64,000 bases of DNA from Ruminococcaceae bacterium UBA3751 (GCA_002371215.1 DFGL01000060.1:1254-65253), one strand, 5' to 3'. Shown: positions 45,199-55,266, counted from the first letter of the stretch. Notes: generated by a model not told the origin, from the sequence alone. Numbers and translations are program-made.

Positions 45199-47217
45199 TT
45201 AATTTGTTGCCCTGCGGAACATATCGTTGATTTCTTCAACGAGCGCGGGAAGCTTATCAAGGTTAGGGTCATCGTTTAAAAGTGCGTTAGCACATTCCTG
45301 ACATTCCCTTAGCGTTTCCATATCCCCGAGCATATCCGCAATAACGAGATTAGGTAAGCCGTGCTGCCTTTTGCCGAAGAAATCTCCCGGGCCCCTCGTT
45401 TTAAGGTCGTAATCCGCGAGCTTAAAACCGTCCGTCGTGCTTTTAATCATTTTGAGGCGCTCCTGAGAGCTTTCGCTGTTGTTATCCGAAACGAGAATAC
45501 AGTAGCTCTTATCGCTGCCTCTGCCGACTCTTCCGCGGAGCTGATGAAGCTGCGAGAGCCCGAAACGGTCCGCATTTTCGATGAGCATTATCGTTGCGTT
45601 GGGAACGTCAACGCCAACCTCAACTACCGTTGTTGAAACGAGAATCTGAACGTCGCCCCTTGCAAAAGCAAGCATTGCATTTTCCTTTTCCTTAGCCTTC
45701 ATTTTGCCGTGAAGAAGGGCAAGATTATAGCCCTTAAACGCAGTATTAGAAAGTTTTTCGGCGTATTCCTTGGCGGAGATAAGCTCCGTTTCTCCCTCGT
45801 CGACAAGGGAGCAGACGATATACGCCTGATTGCCGCCGTCAACGGCTTTTTTTATAAAGTTATATATTCTTTCGTGGTACTCTGAGGTAACCAAATCCGT
45901 TCTTATCGGCTGCCTTCCGAGAGGCATTTCGTTCAAAACGGAAATATCAAGGTCGCCGTAAATAATCAGCCCGAGCGTTCTCGGAATAGGCGTTGCGCTC
46001 ATTACCATAAGGTGCGGGTCCTTCGCTTTTTTGGCAAGGCTTGCCCTTTGCTCAACGCCGAAGCGGTGCTGCTCGTCGGTTACAACAAGGGCAAGATTTT
46101 TAAATTCAACGTCGCCCTGAATAAGCGCGTGCGTTCCGAGGATTAAGTCAATCTCTCCCTCAAGAAGCGCTTTTTTTATTGCCTTTTTTTCAGCCGCCTT
46201 TGTTGAGCCGGTTAAAAGGGCGATTCTAATGTCCGTATCCTTAAACAGTTTTGAGAGAGTTTCATAGTGCTGGGTTGCGAGGATTTCAGTTGGCGCCATC
46301 ATAGCCGCCTGATAGCCGTTTTTAATAACGGTATACATAACCGCCGCGGCAACCGCGGTTTTACCCGAGCCGACGTCGCCCTGAATAAGCCTGTTCATTG
46401 ACTCCCTGCCCGTTATATCCTTAACGCAATCCGCTATTGCATTTTTCTGAGCGTGCGTAAGGCTGTACGGAAGCAGAGTTAAATATTCATCCGTATAGTC
46501 ATTTTCAATAACAAAGCTGTTTTTGGCACGCTTTTTGCTGCGGAGCTTGAGCATACCTATCTGAAGCGCTAAAAGCTCCTCAAAAATAAGGCGGCGCCTT
46601 GCTATGGCGATATTCTTTTCGTTAGTGGGAAAATGGATTTCCCTTATCGCAAAATCGCGCGGGCAGAGGTTATATCTTTCAAGTATATCCCCGCTTAGCG
46701 TTTCCTCAAACTCGGGCAGCATTTCAAGCGCTGCAGCAACAACCTTTGCAATAGCCTTTGAAGAGAGCTTTTCCGTTGCGTGGTAGATAGGGTGAATACC
46801 TATTGACGCCTCGCTTTTTTCAATCTGAGGCGAGCTCATCGAGGCTCCGGTAAAGCTCTTTTCAATTTTACCGTAAAGAATGTAATCATCAAAGGTACGA
46901 AGCGATTTTGCAAGGTATTTATTATTGAAAACCGTAACGTGAATAACGTTTTCGCCGTCCGTAAAGTTACACTTATAAAGCGTTAATCCCTTGCGGATAA
47001 GCGCTTCCTTTACGGGCGTAATCATTGTGGCTTTAATAGTTACGGTATCGCCGTTTTCAGCCTCGGCAACGGTTGTTGTTTTGCTCCAGTCCTGGTACTT
47101 TCTCGGGTAAAAACGGACTAAGTCGTCAACCGTATAAATTCCGAGCTTATTGAAAAGCTGCGCGCGTTTTTCGCCAACGCCTCTGATATACTGAATATTG
47201 TATTCCTTAGGATTCAT
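45199..47217 (-). CDS. recG: ATP-dependent DNA helicase RecG
   Basis: The wedge-domain N-terminus contains IQYIRGVGEKRAQLFNKLGI. The protein also has the Walker A motif GDVGSGKT, DEQHRFGV and the helicase C motifs QLRGRVGRG. The ATG at 47217 overlaps the upstream stop (TGATG). An alternative TTG start lies at 47232. Confidence 0.92.
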   Translation of the reverse strand: MNPKEYNIQYIRGVGEKRAQLFNKLGIYTVDDLVRFYPRKYQDWSKTTTVAEAENGDTVTIKATMITPVKEALIRKGLTLYKCNFTDGENVIHVTVFNNKYLAKSLRTFDDYILYGKIEKSFTGASMSSPQIEKSEASIGIHPIYHATEKLSSKAIAKVVAAALEMLPEFEETLSGDILERYNLCPRDFAIREIHFPTNEKNIAIARRRLIFEELLALQIGMLKLRSKKRAKNSFVIENDYTDEYLTLLPYSLTHAQKNAIADCVKDITGRESMNRLIQGDVGSGKTAVAAAVMYTVIKNGYQAAMMAPTEILATQHYETLSKLFKDTDIRIALLTGSTKAAEKKAIKKALLEGEIDLILGTHALIQGDVEFKNLALVVTDEQHRFGVEQRASLAKKAKDPHLMVMSATPIPRTLGLIIYGDLDISVLNEMPLGRQPIRTDLVTSEYHERIYNFIKKAVDGGNQAYIVCSLVDEGETELISAKEYAEKLSNTAFKGYNLALLHGKMKAKEKENAMLAFARGDVQILVSTTVVEVGVDVPNATIMLIENADRFGLSQLHQLRGRVGRGSDKSYCILVSDNNSESSQERLKMIKSTTDGFKLADYDLKTRGPGDFFGKRQHGLPNLVIADMLGDMETLRECQECANALLNDDPNLDKLPALVEEINDMFRRATN

Positions 47218-48722
47218 CAGCTGTAATACCAATCCTCTATATTAAGAAAATAGTTATCTGTATAGCCCTGCATATCGCCGTGGAGTGAATGGGAATAGCA
47301 AATCATACCCTGGCGGTAAAGCAGTGGGATGAACGGAAGCTCCTGGGAAAAGTCAAGGATGAATTTTCCGAGCTCGTTGTCGCCCTTAACGTAGCCCTTG
47401 TACGATGAGGCAGCGCTGCTCTTTTCAAAGTCAATTCCCGCGCTCGTCGTTCCCTTTTTATCAAAGAAGGAATTAAGGCTCATATCGTTAGTGAGCTTGG
47501 TTTCGCCAACATAGATTGAAAAGCTGCCCGAATTGACTCTGCTGCTATAGGTGGAAGGCTTTTCCTTATTGATTGTCACCTTAAAGCCGACGGCTTCAAG
47601 CTGGCGCTTTAAGATATTTGCCGCAGCGTTTTTGCCCTCGGTTGAGCTTGTTAAAATATCAATTTTAAGTTCTTCCTTACTCAGACCGCTTTTTTCAATA
47701 GCCTGTCTTGCGGCGTCAGTATCCGCGGTGCTTGAGAAAATCTCAGTCTGCTTACCTAAGCTGCAGGAGGGGTTAAATACCGAAAGCGCGGGCTTTGCGT
47801 AGCCTCTGTAAGCGCTTTTAACGAGGGTGTCCCTGTCAAGTGCAAGCGAAATTGCACGGCGGATAAACTCATTTGAGGTTATTCCGCTGTTTGAATTTAT
47901 GCCTATATAAACAAGATTATTGAGCAAAACGGGCTTTTTGGAGCACTGAATTCTGTTCTTGCTTCCGCTTGACATATCCCTGAAGGTATAGCTGATATTG
48001 CCGATATTTACGGCGTTTTCGATGCTCTCCTCCGAGGTTATGTTTACAAGCTGGATAACCGTAAAATGCGGCTTGAATTCATCATAGTATTTATCATTTA
48101 GCTTAAGATAAACCGTACCGTCGCCCTCGGTATACTTATATCTTCCGCAGCCGATTGCAAAGCCCTTTTTGGTTTTGCCTTTTTTTGAAATAGCAAAGGT
48201 AAGGAGCTTATGGGCTGAGGGATTAGGCTCTTTCAGGGTAAAAACCACCTCGCCGCTCGAGTTTGCCTTTGCGCTTTTAAATACGGATAGCGCCGTCTCC
48301 CAGCGAGGAGAGTCCTTCGCCTCCTCAAAGGAATAGACAACGTTTTCCGCAGTCATAGCGCTTCCGTTTGAAAACTTAACGCCGTCTCTCAGCTTAACGA
48401 CAAGCGTTTTAGCGTTCTTATACTGGTATCCCGTTGCAAGCTGAGGAAGGATTTCCCAATTTTCATCCATAATAAAGAGGCTTTCAAAAACGAGGTTTTC
48501 AACAACCTGATTATTAAGCGTCGTTGTTTCAAACGGGTTAAGGCTGTCCGATTTTGAATAACTGAGTTTAAAGCTTGAGGTGTCGGGAGCGGGTTCTGAT
48601 ACAGCCTCGGTAACGGTATTCAAAGTGGCTTCGCCGTCGTCATTCCGAACGGGAGCGCACGCTGTTAGCGTAAGCCCGAGCAAAATGAGAACGAGCGCTG
48701 AAGCAAAAAGCTTTTTAATCAT
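47217..48722 (-). CDS. Family-5 ABC-type solute-binding lipoprotein (peptide/nickel class), orphan
   Basis: The lipobox is LTLTAC. The sequence LATGYQYKNAKTLVVKLRDGVKFSNGSAMTAENVVYSFE matches the SBP family 5 signature region. No permease or ATPase genes are adjacent. Confidence 0.72.
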   Translation of the reverse strand: MIKKLFASALVLILLGLTLTACAPVRNDDGEATLNTVTEAVSEPAPDTSSFKLSYSKSDSLNPFETTTLNNQVVENLVFESLFIMDENWEILPQLATGYQYKNAKTLVVKLRDGVKFSNGSAMTAENVVYSFEEAKDSPRWETALSVFKSAKANSSGEVVFTLKEPNPSAHKLLTFAISKKGKTKKGFAIGCGRYKYTEGDGTVYLKLNDKYYDEFKPHFTVIQLVNITSEESIENAVNIGNISYTFRDMSSGSKNRIQCSKKPVLLNNLVYIGINSNSGITSNEFIRRAISLALDRDTLVKSAYRGYAKPALSVFNPSCSLGKQTEIFSSTADTDAARQAIEKSGLSKEELKIDILTSSTEGKNAAANILKRQLEAVGFKVTINKEKPSTYSSRVNSGSFSIYVGETKLTNDMSLNSFFDKKGTTSAGIDFEKSSAASSYKGYVKGDNELGKFILDFSQELPFIPLLYRQGMICYSHSLHGDMQGYTDNYFLNIEDWYYS

Positions 48723-49492
48723 TTTCTGAACCTTTCTATTCTGACAGTATTCCCCGTTTTATTATCAATTTCAAAGAAGCAGCCCTCTAAAACGCAGGGT
48801 CCTTCAGCATTTTTAAACCTTACGGGAAGGTTTGTTTTCATCTTTTTAATAGCTATTGACGGCTCAACGCCGAGAACGGAATAGTACGGTCCCGTCATTC
48901 CGAGGTCCGTTATATAGCCCGTTCCGTTTGGCAGAATCTGCTCGTCTGAGGTCTGAACGTGGGTATGAGTACCGAAAAGAGCGGAGATTTTTCCGTCAAG
49001 ATAAAAACCCATAGCGCGTTTTTCGCTGCTTGCTTCGGCGTGGAAATCAACAATAATTATGCCCGCGCCCTGCGCCCTTGCCGCTTCAACCTCTCTGTCC
49101 GCGGCTTCAAACGGATTTTCAATGTTATCAAGATAAACGGCGCCCTGAAGGTTGATTACGGCAACCTTAACCGCGCCCTTATCAAGAATTACCAAGCCCT
49201 TACCCGAGGCGCTCGGGTGGTAGTTTGCAGGACGGATAATAAACTCCTTTTCCTCAAGGTAATCAAGGATTTCAACTCTGCGCAGAGCGTGATTTCCGAG
49301 AGTTATAACGTCAACTCCGCTGTCAAAAATATAATCTGCGCTTTGCGGAAGTATACCGTTTCCCACTGCGGAATTTTCGCCGTTTGCTATAACAATATCG
49401 GCGCCGTATTCCCTTTTGAGATTAAACACCTTTTCGCGCAGGTATTCACAGCCCTGCTTTGAAACAATATCTCCGATAGCTAAAATTTTCAT
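48719..49492 (-). CDS. ymdB: YmdB-like metallophosphoesterase (2',3'-cyclic-nucleotide phosphodiesterase family)
   Basis: The sequence contains MKILAIGDIVSKQGCEYL, VIANGENSAVGNGI and FHAEASSEKRAMG. I placed the start at MKILAIGD. The stop overlaps the next start (ATGA). Confidence 0.85.
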   Translation of the reverse strand: MKILAIGDIVSKQGCEYLREKVFNLKREYGADIVIANGENSAVGNGILPQSADYIFDSGVDVITLGNHALRRVEILDYLEEKEFIIRPANYHPSASGKGLVILDKGAVKVAVINLQGAVYLDNIENPFEAADREVEAARAQGAGIIIVDFHAEASSEKRAMGFYLDGKISALFGTHTHVQTSDEQILPNGTGYITDLGMTGPYYSVLGVEPSIAIKKMKTNLPVRFKNAEGPCVLEGCFFEIDNKTGNTVRIERFRK

Positions 49493-49655
49493 TTTTATTT
49501 CTCTTTCTATGGGCAACACCCGAATTATAGTATATTATAACTTATAAATCATTTAAAAACAATATGTATTGCACTTTTTAATTTTTCAGAGGTTGAAAAA
49601 CCCTCGGCGGTATGTTAGAATTATAATGAAATAATTTATTTTAAAGGTGATATTT

Positions 49656-50015
49656 ATGCACGAAAGCGGAGAAATGTATCTTGAAACGATTTATCTTTTA
49701 TCAAAGAAAAAATCGGCAGTACGCTCAATTGACGTTGCGGAAGAAATGGGCTTTTCAAAGCCGAGCGTAAGCCGCGGAGTAGGGCTGCTCAAAAGAGACG
49801 GATACCTTGAGGTAGATGAAAACGGCTTTCTCGCTTTAACCGATTTCGGTATGGATTTAGCTAAAAAAATCTACGAGCGCCATACCGTTCTTACCGAGCT
49901 ACTCGTTAAGCTCGGCGTCAGCGAGGAAAACGCAGCGGAAGACGCCTGCAGAATAGAGCACGTTATCTGCGATGAAACGCTTGATGCTATTAAGAAAAAG
50001 TTACCGGAGTTATAA
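49656..50015 (+). CDS. DtxR/MntR-family metal-dependent transcriptional regulator (short form without an SH3-like domain)
   Basis: The sequence contains SGEMYLETIYLL, a winged HTH (IDVAEEMGFSKPSVSRGVGLLKRDGYL) and metal-site residues in ERHTVLTELL...ACRIEHV. The SD AAAGGTGA lies upstream. Confidence 0.8.
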   Translation: MHESGEMYLETIYLLSKKKSAVRSIDVAEEMGFSKPSVSRGVGLLKRDGYLEVDENGFLALTDFGMDLAKKIYERHTVLTELLVKLGVSEENAAEDACRIEHVICDETLDAIKKKLPEL

Positions 50016-50016
50016 T

Positions 50017-50964
50017 ATGGATTTATCTTTAATTATTCCCTGCTACAATGAGGAGGGAAACGTTAACAAGTTTTTTGAGGAGGCGCAGAAAGCCTTTGCC
50101 CCGTCGGGAATCAGCCTTGAATACGTCTTTATAAACGACGGCAGCACGGACAAAACCGGCGAGCGCCTCAGGGAGCTTTACAAAACAGAATATTCAAGCA
50201 ATATTACCGTAATTAATTTTTCGCGTAACTTTGGCAAGGAGGCGGCAATTTACGCCGGGCTTCAGAATGCGGGCGGAAAATATATGTGTATTATTGACGC
50301 GGACCTTCAGCAGAGGCCCGAAACCGCGCTTAAAATGTACGAGCTTATTAAAAATAATCCCGAGCTTGACTGCGTTTGCGCCTATCAGAAGGAGCGCAGG
50401 GAAAACAAGGCTATGGGCGCTGTTAAATCAGTTTTTTACAAGCTTATCAACAAGCTTTCGGAAATTGAGTTCAAGGACGGCGCAAGCGATTTCAGGCTTT
50501 TTAATAACAAGGTGCGCGAGGCAGTGCTCTCCCTCGGGGAATACCACCGCTTTTCAAAGGGCATATTCTCCTGGGTCGGTTTCAACGTTCACTATATGGA
50601 ATATAAAGCGGAGGAGCGCAACAGCGGAGAAACGAAGTGGAGCCTTTCAAAGCTGATTAAATACGCATTTACGGGAATTATCGCCTTTTCAACCGCACCG
50701 CTGAAGCTTTCAATATATATAGGCTCTCTTGCAACGGCTTTTTCGGTAATCTACCTTATTATTACGATTATAAGAAAGCTTACCTCCCATATAAACGTTG
50801 ACGGCTTTACCCAGCTTGTAATCCTTATATCCTTCTTCAGCGGAGTTCTGCTGTTTACGGTAGGCATTATAGGCGAATACATTGCAAAAATATATCAGCA
50901 GGTCAAAAACCGTCCGATATACATTGCAAAAGAAATTTTAAAACGAAACACTTTTGACGAATAA
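50017..50964 (+). CDS. GT2-family polyprenyl-phosphate glycosyltransferase (GtrB/ArnC-like) with two C-terminal TM helices
   Basis: The sequence contains LSLIIPCYNEEGNV, FINDGSTDKT and IIDADLQ (DxD-like). A C-terminal hydrophobic pair is present. The start lies 1 nt after the regulator stop, with GGAG 8 nt upstream. Confidence 0.82.
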   Translation: MDLSLIIPCYNEEGNVNKFFEEAQKAFAPSGISLEYVFINDGSTDKTGERLRELYKTEYSSNITVINFSRNFGKEAAIYAGLQNAGGKYMCIIDADLQQRPETALKMYELIKNNPELDCVCAYQKERRENKAMGAVKSVFYKLINKLSEIEFKDGASDFRLFNNKVREAVLSLGEYHRFSKGIFSWVGFNVHYMEYKAEERNSGETKWSLSKLIKYAFTGIIAFSTAPLKLSIYIGSLATAFSVIYLIITIIRKLTSHINVDGFTQLVILISFFSGVLLFTVGIIGEYIAKIYQQVKNRPIYIAKEILKRNTFDE

Positions 50965-50984
50965 AAAACAGCCAAAGGGTGTCG

Positions 50985-51023
50985 AAAAAAAGGTGGATGA
51001 GATTTACTCATCCACCTTTTTTC
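50985..51023. terminator. Bidirectional rho-independent terminator
   Basis: AGGTGGATGAG-ATTTA-CTCATCCACCT is flanked by A6 and T5 runs. It lies between convergent gene ends. Confidence 0.85.
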
Positions 51024-51046
51024 TGTTTTTTCTCTTTTCAAAAAAA

Positions 51047-52009
51047 TTATTCCTTAATATAGCAGAGCTTCAGCGCTTTTTCGTCAACGAAGAAATCGAG
51101 CTCGTTGTAATTGAAATTCTCGCCGTCACAGTTGCCGAGAAGTGCAGAGCCGTCCTCCGTCCAGAGCTTACCGCGCTTAACGAAGCCGTTCGTCATCTGC
51201 TGAGGATACGCCTCCTGATTTGCCTTGCCCTCGGAATACTTGGGAATCATAGGCAGCGCTTCCTTAAGGCTGAGCCCGTTAACGAGCGCAAAATCAAGAA
51301 GTCCGTCGTCAAGAACGGAATCAGGCGCGGGGCAGAAGCCTCCGCCGTAATAGCTTGCGTTACAGATAGCAAAAAGAGCGTAATCCTTATCCTTCTCTTT
51401 AAGCTGATATTCCTCACCCGTTTCTTTATTGACACAGGTAATATCAAAGCTTATTTTGTAATGAAGCGGCTTCATAATTACGGGAACGATGGCAACGTTA
51501 TACGCCTGATGCCCCAAAAACGGAAGCTTTGCGGCAATCTTTCTGCCGATGGTTTCAACAATCGTATCAAGCCCGAAGGACATAACGTTAATACACTTTT
51601 CGCCGTTGTAATCAATAAGGTCAATCGGCTTAACGTCGTATCTGAGCTTGCCGTTATAAAGCCCGAAGGACTTAATTACGTTTTCAACGTTAATCTTCTT
51701 TGTGCCGTAAATCTTCTTAGCAAAATCGTTGCCCGTTCCGAGCGGGAGAATCATAAGCGGAGTATCCGTTCCTGCAAGGCCGTTTGCAATTTCATGAACG
51801 GTACCGTCGCCGCCGCAGGATACAACAACGCAGTCCTTACCGTATTTTTCGGCGTATTCCTTAGCGATAACGGCAGCGTGGCCGGAATACAGCGTATTTT
51901 CAACAATCATCTCGTCATCAAGCTGACGGAAGGTTGATTTTATTCTTGAGATAATTCTTTCCTTATCCTTATTGCCCGCAATCGGGTTGCTTATAAAAAC
52001 ATATTTCAT
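51047..52009 (-). CDS. Diacylglycerol/lipid kinase of the YegS/BmrU (DagK) family
   Basis: The sequence contains FISNPIAGNK, VSCGGDGTVHEIANGL and LPLGTGNDFAK. I placed the start at MKYVF (GGGTGA 5 nt upstream). Confidence 0.85.
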   Translation of the reverse strand: MKYVFISNPIAGNKDKERIISRIKSTFRQLDDEMIVENTLYSGHAAVIAKEYAEKYGKDCVVVSCGGDGTVHEIANGLAGTDTPLMILPLGTGNDFAKKIYGTKKINVENVIKSFGLYNGKLRYDVKPIDLIDYNGEKCINVMSFGLDTIVETIGRKIAAKLPFLGHQAYNVAIVPVIMKPLHYKISFDITCVNKETGEEYQLKEKDKDYALFAICNASYYGGGFCPAPDSVLDDGLLDFALVNGLSLKEALPMIPKYSEGKANQEAYPQQMTNGFVKRGKLWTEDGSALLGNCDGENFNYNELDFFVDEKALKLCYIKE

Positions 52010-52024
52010 ACTTTTCACCCTGCC

Positions 52025-53305
52025 TTATATAACCTGGTAACCGCCGACAGGACGGATAATGAGAACGTAACAGGAGCCCTCTCCGAAAACGCCCTCAATA
52101 GTTTTCTTATACTTATCAAGCATATCGTTGGGAACGAACGCCTGAATGGTACCCGCAAAGCCGCCCCCATGAACGCGCCATGCGCCCTTGCCCTTAAGCA
52201 GTTCCTCGCTGATTGCAAGCGCAAGAGAAATCTTCTGTTCTGTTGGGTTTTTAGGGGTATAAACGTTCTGGTTGAGCATATAGGAGGAGAAGCCCGATTC
52301 AAGAATAATGCTCTTGAAGCCCTCGAAATCTCCGTTTTCAAGCGCCGCAACGCACTCGTCAACGCGCCTGTTTTCGTTATAATAGTGAATTGCGCGGAGG
52401 ATTGCTCTGTCGTTCACCTTATCCTTTAAAACGGGAATCGCATTAAAGAATTCCTCATATGTAATTTCGCGCAGAACGTTCTTGCCGAGAGCCTTCGCAA
52501 CGCTCTCCATCTCGTTTCTTACCGCCGCATAATCATCTGTTAAATCCGAATGGTTTCCGCCGGTATCAACGATACAGAGCGAGTAACCCGTCTTGGTAAA
52601 ATCAAAATCAATCTTCTTAATAACGGGCTCTTTAACGGATTTAAAATCAATATTAACAACGGAGCCGACTGAGGACGCCATCTGGTCAAGAAGTCCGCAG
52701 GGCTTACCGAAGAATACGTTTTCGCTGTACTGAGCAACCTTTGCAATATCAACGGCGCTGATTTTCCCGCTGTTAAAAAGGTAATTGAGAACGGAACCGA
52801 TAAGCACCTCAAACGCCGCGGAGGACGAAAGTCCCGAGCCGCCCATAACGTCGTTCATAGTAAACGCGTCAAAGCCGCCGATTTCAAATCCGAGGTTTTT
52901 AATTCCCGCAGCAACGCCCTTAACGAGCGAGGTTGAATCGCCGTAGCGCGCCTCGTCAGGCTCCATATCGCTGAGCTCAACAACGTTAATCTTATGTCCC
53001 TTTGACTTAACGCGGATAATTCTATCATCGTTTTTGCTTACAACGGCGATAGCGTCAAGATTTATTGAAGCGGCAACAACCTTTCCGTTATTATGGTCCG
53101 TATGGTTACCGCAGATTTCCGTTCTGCCGGGGGCGGAGATAATATTTACCTCTCTGTCCGTACCGAAGAGAGCGCCGAATTCCTCAAGCGCCTGAACATA
53201 ACGCGGCTTTTGAAGTTCAACCGCACTGTCGGTAACGTATACCGCCTTAAGATTTTCATCGTACTGTCCGCTGTTAACGGCATTAATTAATTCTTTTACT
53301 TTCAT
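52025..53305 (-). CDS. galK: Galactokinase (GHMP kinase)
   Basis: The galactokinase signature is SAPGRTEICGNHTDHNNG. The GHMP motif is GGSGLSSSAAFE. Confidence 0.9.
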   Translation of the reverse strand: MKVKELINAVNSGQYDENLKAVYVTDSAVELQKPRYVQALEEFGALFGTDREVNIISAPGRTEICGNHTDHNNGKVVAASINLDAIAVVSKNDDRIIRVKSKGHKINVVELSDMEPDEARYGDSTSLVKGVAAGIKNLGFEIGGFDAFTMNDVMGGSGLSSSAAFEVLIGSVLNYLFNSGKISAVDIAKVAQYSENVFFGKPCGLLDQMASSVGSVVNIDFKSVKEPVIKKIDFDFTKTGYSLCIVDTGGNHSDLTDDYAAVRNEMESVAKALGKNVLREITYEEFFNAIPVLKDKVNDRAILRAIHYYNENRRVDECVAALENGDFEGFKSIILESGFSSYMLNQNVYTPKNPTEQKISLALAISEELLKGKGAWRVHGGGFAGTIQAFVPNDMLDKYKKTIEGVFGEGSCYVLIIRPVGGYQVI

Positions 53306-53315
53306 AGGGTACCTC

Positions 53316-54086
53316 TTATAAAACTATTTTGTATTTTTCTTTTTCGCTGTAAATCAACAGCGTTTGGTTCATCTGACGAGACTTGATTCCGTAAAAAATA
53401 TTGAAAAGAAGGCTCGTTATTCCCGAAAACGCAACAATTATTATCAGCGGGATAATAAACTGAGGCGAAAACGGGTTTTTATATGCCGCGCCAAGCTTTG
53501 TATACATATACAGCCTCGGCGCAAACCCGACTAAGCTGAGAATTGAGTAATAGAGAAAATCGTACCTCATTGAACCGTAATACTTTGAAATCATCGCAAG
53601 CGAAATTGCGGGAATCATTCGCGTTACGGTAAGAACGTACGGGTTTCCGTTACCCTTAAACTTAACCCAATCGCGTATAAAGTGCATTCGTTTTAAGTTG
53701 AGTATTATCTCCGTCCAGCCGCCGCCTATATAAATTCCCTCAACGTACTTAACCGTAAAGAAGAAAAAGCAGAAGACAATGTTTATAAACAGCGCCTCGT
53801 TAAGCGGGAACACCATTCCCGATATTGTTACGAGAAAACCCATAGGAATTGCGATCTGGCATTTTGCAATATACAGCGCAAAAATACATATCAGTATCTC
53901 GTACTGCGTATCAAGCTGAGCTACCGCCTTATCGAGTTTGCTGAGAAAATTAATCAGCGCTGCAAACTGAGTTTCAAGCTTTGCGTGGTTAATCAAAACA
54001 AGGATTAAAAACACCAATAGCGCAGTTGTTACGGTGAAGATAATGAATGATATGAAATTCGTTCTGTGGCGTTTAGTTTTTTTCAT
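53316..54086 (-). CDS. Polytopic membrane protein, possibly of the TVP38/TMEM64 (VTT-domain, DedA-related) type
   Basis: The protein has five to six hydrophobic segments. Its loose resemblance to VTT-domain proteins is judged by eye only. Confidence 0.35.
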   Translation of the reverse strand: MKKTKRHRTNFISFIIFTVTTALLVFLILVLINHAKLETQFAALINFLSKLDKAVAQLDTQYEILICIFALYIAKCQIAIPMGFLVTISGMVFPLNEALFINIVFCFFFFTVKYVEGIYIGGGWTEIILNLKRMHFIRDWVKFKGNGNPYVLTVTRMIPAISLAMISKYYGSMRYDFLYYSILSLVGFAPRLYMYTKLGAAYKNPFSPQFIIPLIIIVAFSGITSLLFNIFYGIKSRQMNQTLLIYSEKEKYKIVL

Positions 54087-54101
54087 ACGCCCATCTCCGT
54101 T

Positions 54102-55238
54102 CTATTTTACCTCTAAAAAGTTTCCGAGGAAGGTAAATTCAGGGAGCTCGTCATACAGCGCGCAGAGCAAATCAAGAGTCTCGGCGTCATAAACAGAGCC
54201 CATAACGTCCGCATAGAAATAGTAATCAAAACCGCCGTTTTCAACAGGACGGGATTCAAGTTTGGTAAGGTTAAGCCCCGTCATCGAAAATCTGCCGAGC
54301 ACTCTGTAGAGCGAGCCCGTTTTATGCGGAGCGGAAAAAATAAGCGAAATCTTATTCGCGCCCTTGCTGATAACAAGGTCCTTAGAAATTACTATGAAAC
54401 GTGTTGTATTATTAGAAATATTCTGAATATCTTTTTTCAGAACCGTAAGTCCGTATTTTTTCGCCGCTTCGACTGAGCAGATGCAGGCGACGTTTTTCTT
54501 TTTACTTTCGCTTACAAACTTTGCCGCCGCTGCGGTATTTGTAAAGTTAATTCCCGTAAAATCAAAGCTGTTGAGGAAATCGCTGCATTGCGACAGCGCC
54601 TGAGGGTGGGAATAAACGTCCTGGATTTTACTGTAATCAGCGCCTTCCTTAGCGCAAAGGCAATGGGATATTTTCAAATCATACGCGCCTACAACGTAAA
54701 ACCTGTACTTCATTATAAGGTCGTAGCTCTCGTGAACTGAGCCCGCCGTTGAATTTTCAACGGGAATAATTCCAAAGCGCGCGTCGCCCTTATAAACAGC
54801 CTCAAACACGTCCTCAAACTGACGGTAAAAGCTTATTTCGGAATCGGGAAAAAGCGCTTTCCCCGCCTGAGCGCTGTAAGCCCCGTCAACTCCCTGACAG
54901 GCAATCGGTTTTCCGTTTGCGGTAAGCACTTCGCCGTGGGGAGCGTTGTTAACAAGATTGCGAAGCGGCTGTCCTCCGCCGATAATCTTATGCTGAACGG
55001 CGCGGGAAGCGTCCATCGTTGCGGAGAATATGGTTTTTATAGTATTCCCCATATCGCCGCATTTTTTTTCAACGTCCTCAAGGATTTCCTGCTCGCGCTT
55101 TTCGTTTAAAACGGGAAGTCTTTTTCTAACCTTATAATCGGCAACCTCTTTTGAAATTTCCATTCTCTTTAAGAGAAGCGGAATAAGCTGCTCGTCTATT
55201 TCATCTATCTGATTTCTCAGCTCAAGTAATTCGTCCAT
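54102..55238 (-). CDS. pheA: Bifunctional chorismate mutase / prephenate dehydratase (P-protein)
   Basis: The N-terminal AroQ chorismate mutase domain reads LRNQIDEIDEQLIPLLLKRMEISKEVADYK. The prephenate dehydratase core contains VPVENSTAGSV and TRFIVI. A C-terminal ACT domain with ESRP is present. Confidence 0.9.
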   Translation of the reverse strand: MDELLELRNQIDEIDEQLIPLLLKRMEISKEVADYKVRKRLPVLNEKREQEILEDVEKKCGDMGNTIKTIFSATMDASRAVQHKIIGGGQPLRNLVNNAPHGEVLTANGKPIACQGVDGAYSAQAGKALFPDSEISFYRQFEDVFEAVYKGDARFGIIPVENSTAGSVHESYDLIMKYRFYVVGAYDLKISHCLCAKEGADYSKIQDVYSHPQALSQCSDFLNSFDFTGINFTNTAAAAKFVSESKKKNVACICSVEAAKKYGLTVLKKDIQNISNNTTRFIVISKDLVISKGANKISLIFSAPHKTGSLYRVLGRFSMTGLNLTKLESRPVENGGFDYYFYADVMGSVYDAETLDLLCALYDELPEFTFLGNFLEVK

Positions 55239-55266
55239 TATTTTGTCCTCGTTTGTTTGTTATCTT

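Noticed and set aside
50954-51937. A 327-aa plus-strand ORF.
   Set aside because: It lies entirely antisense to the well-supported lipid kinase gene (GGDGT and GTGNDF motifs). It starts inside the terminator region, has no SD and translates to low-complexity sequence. It is a shadow ORF.
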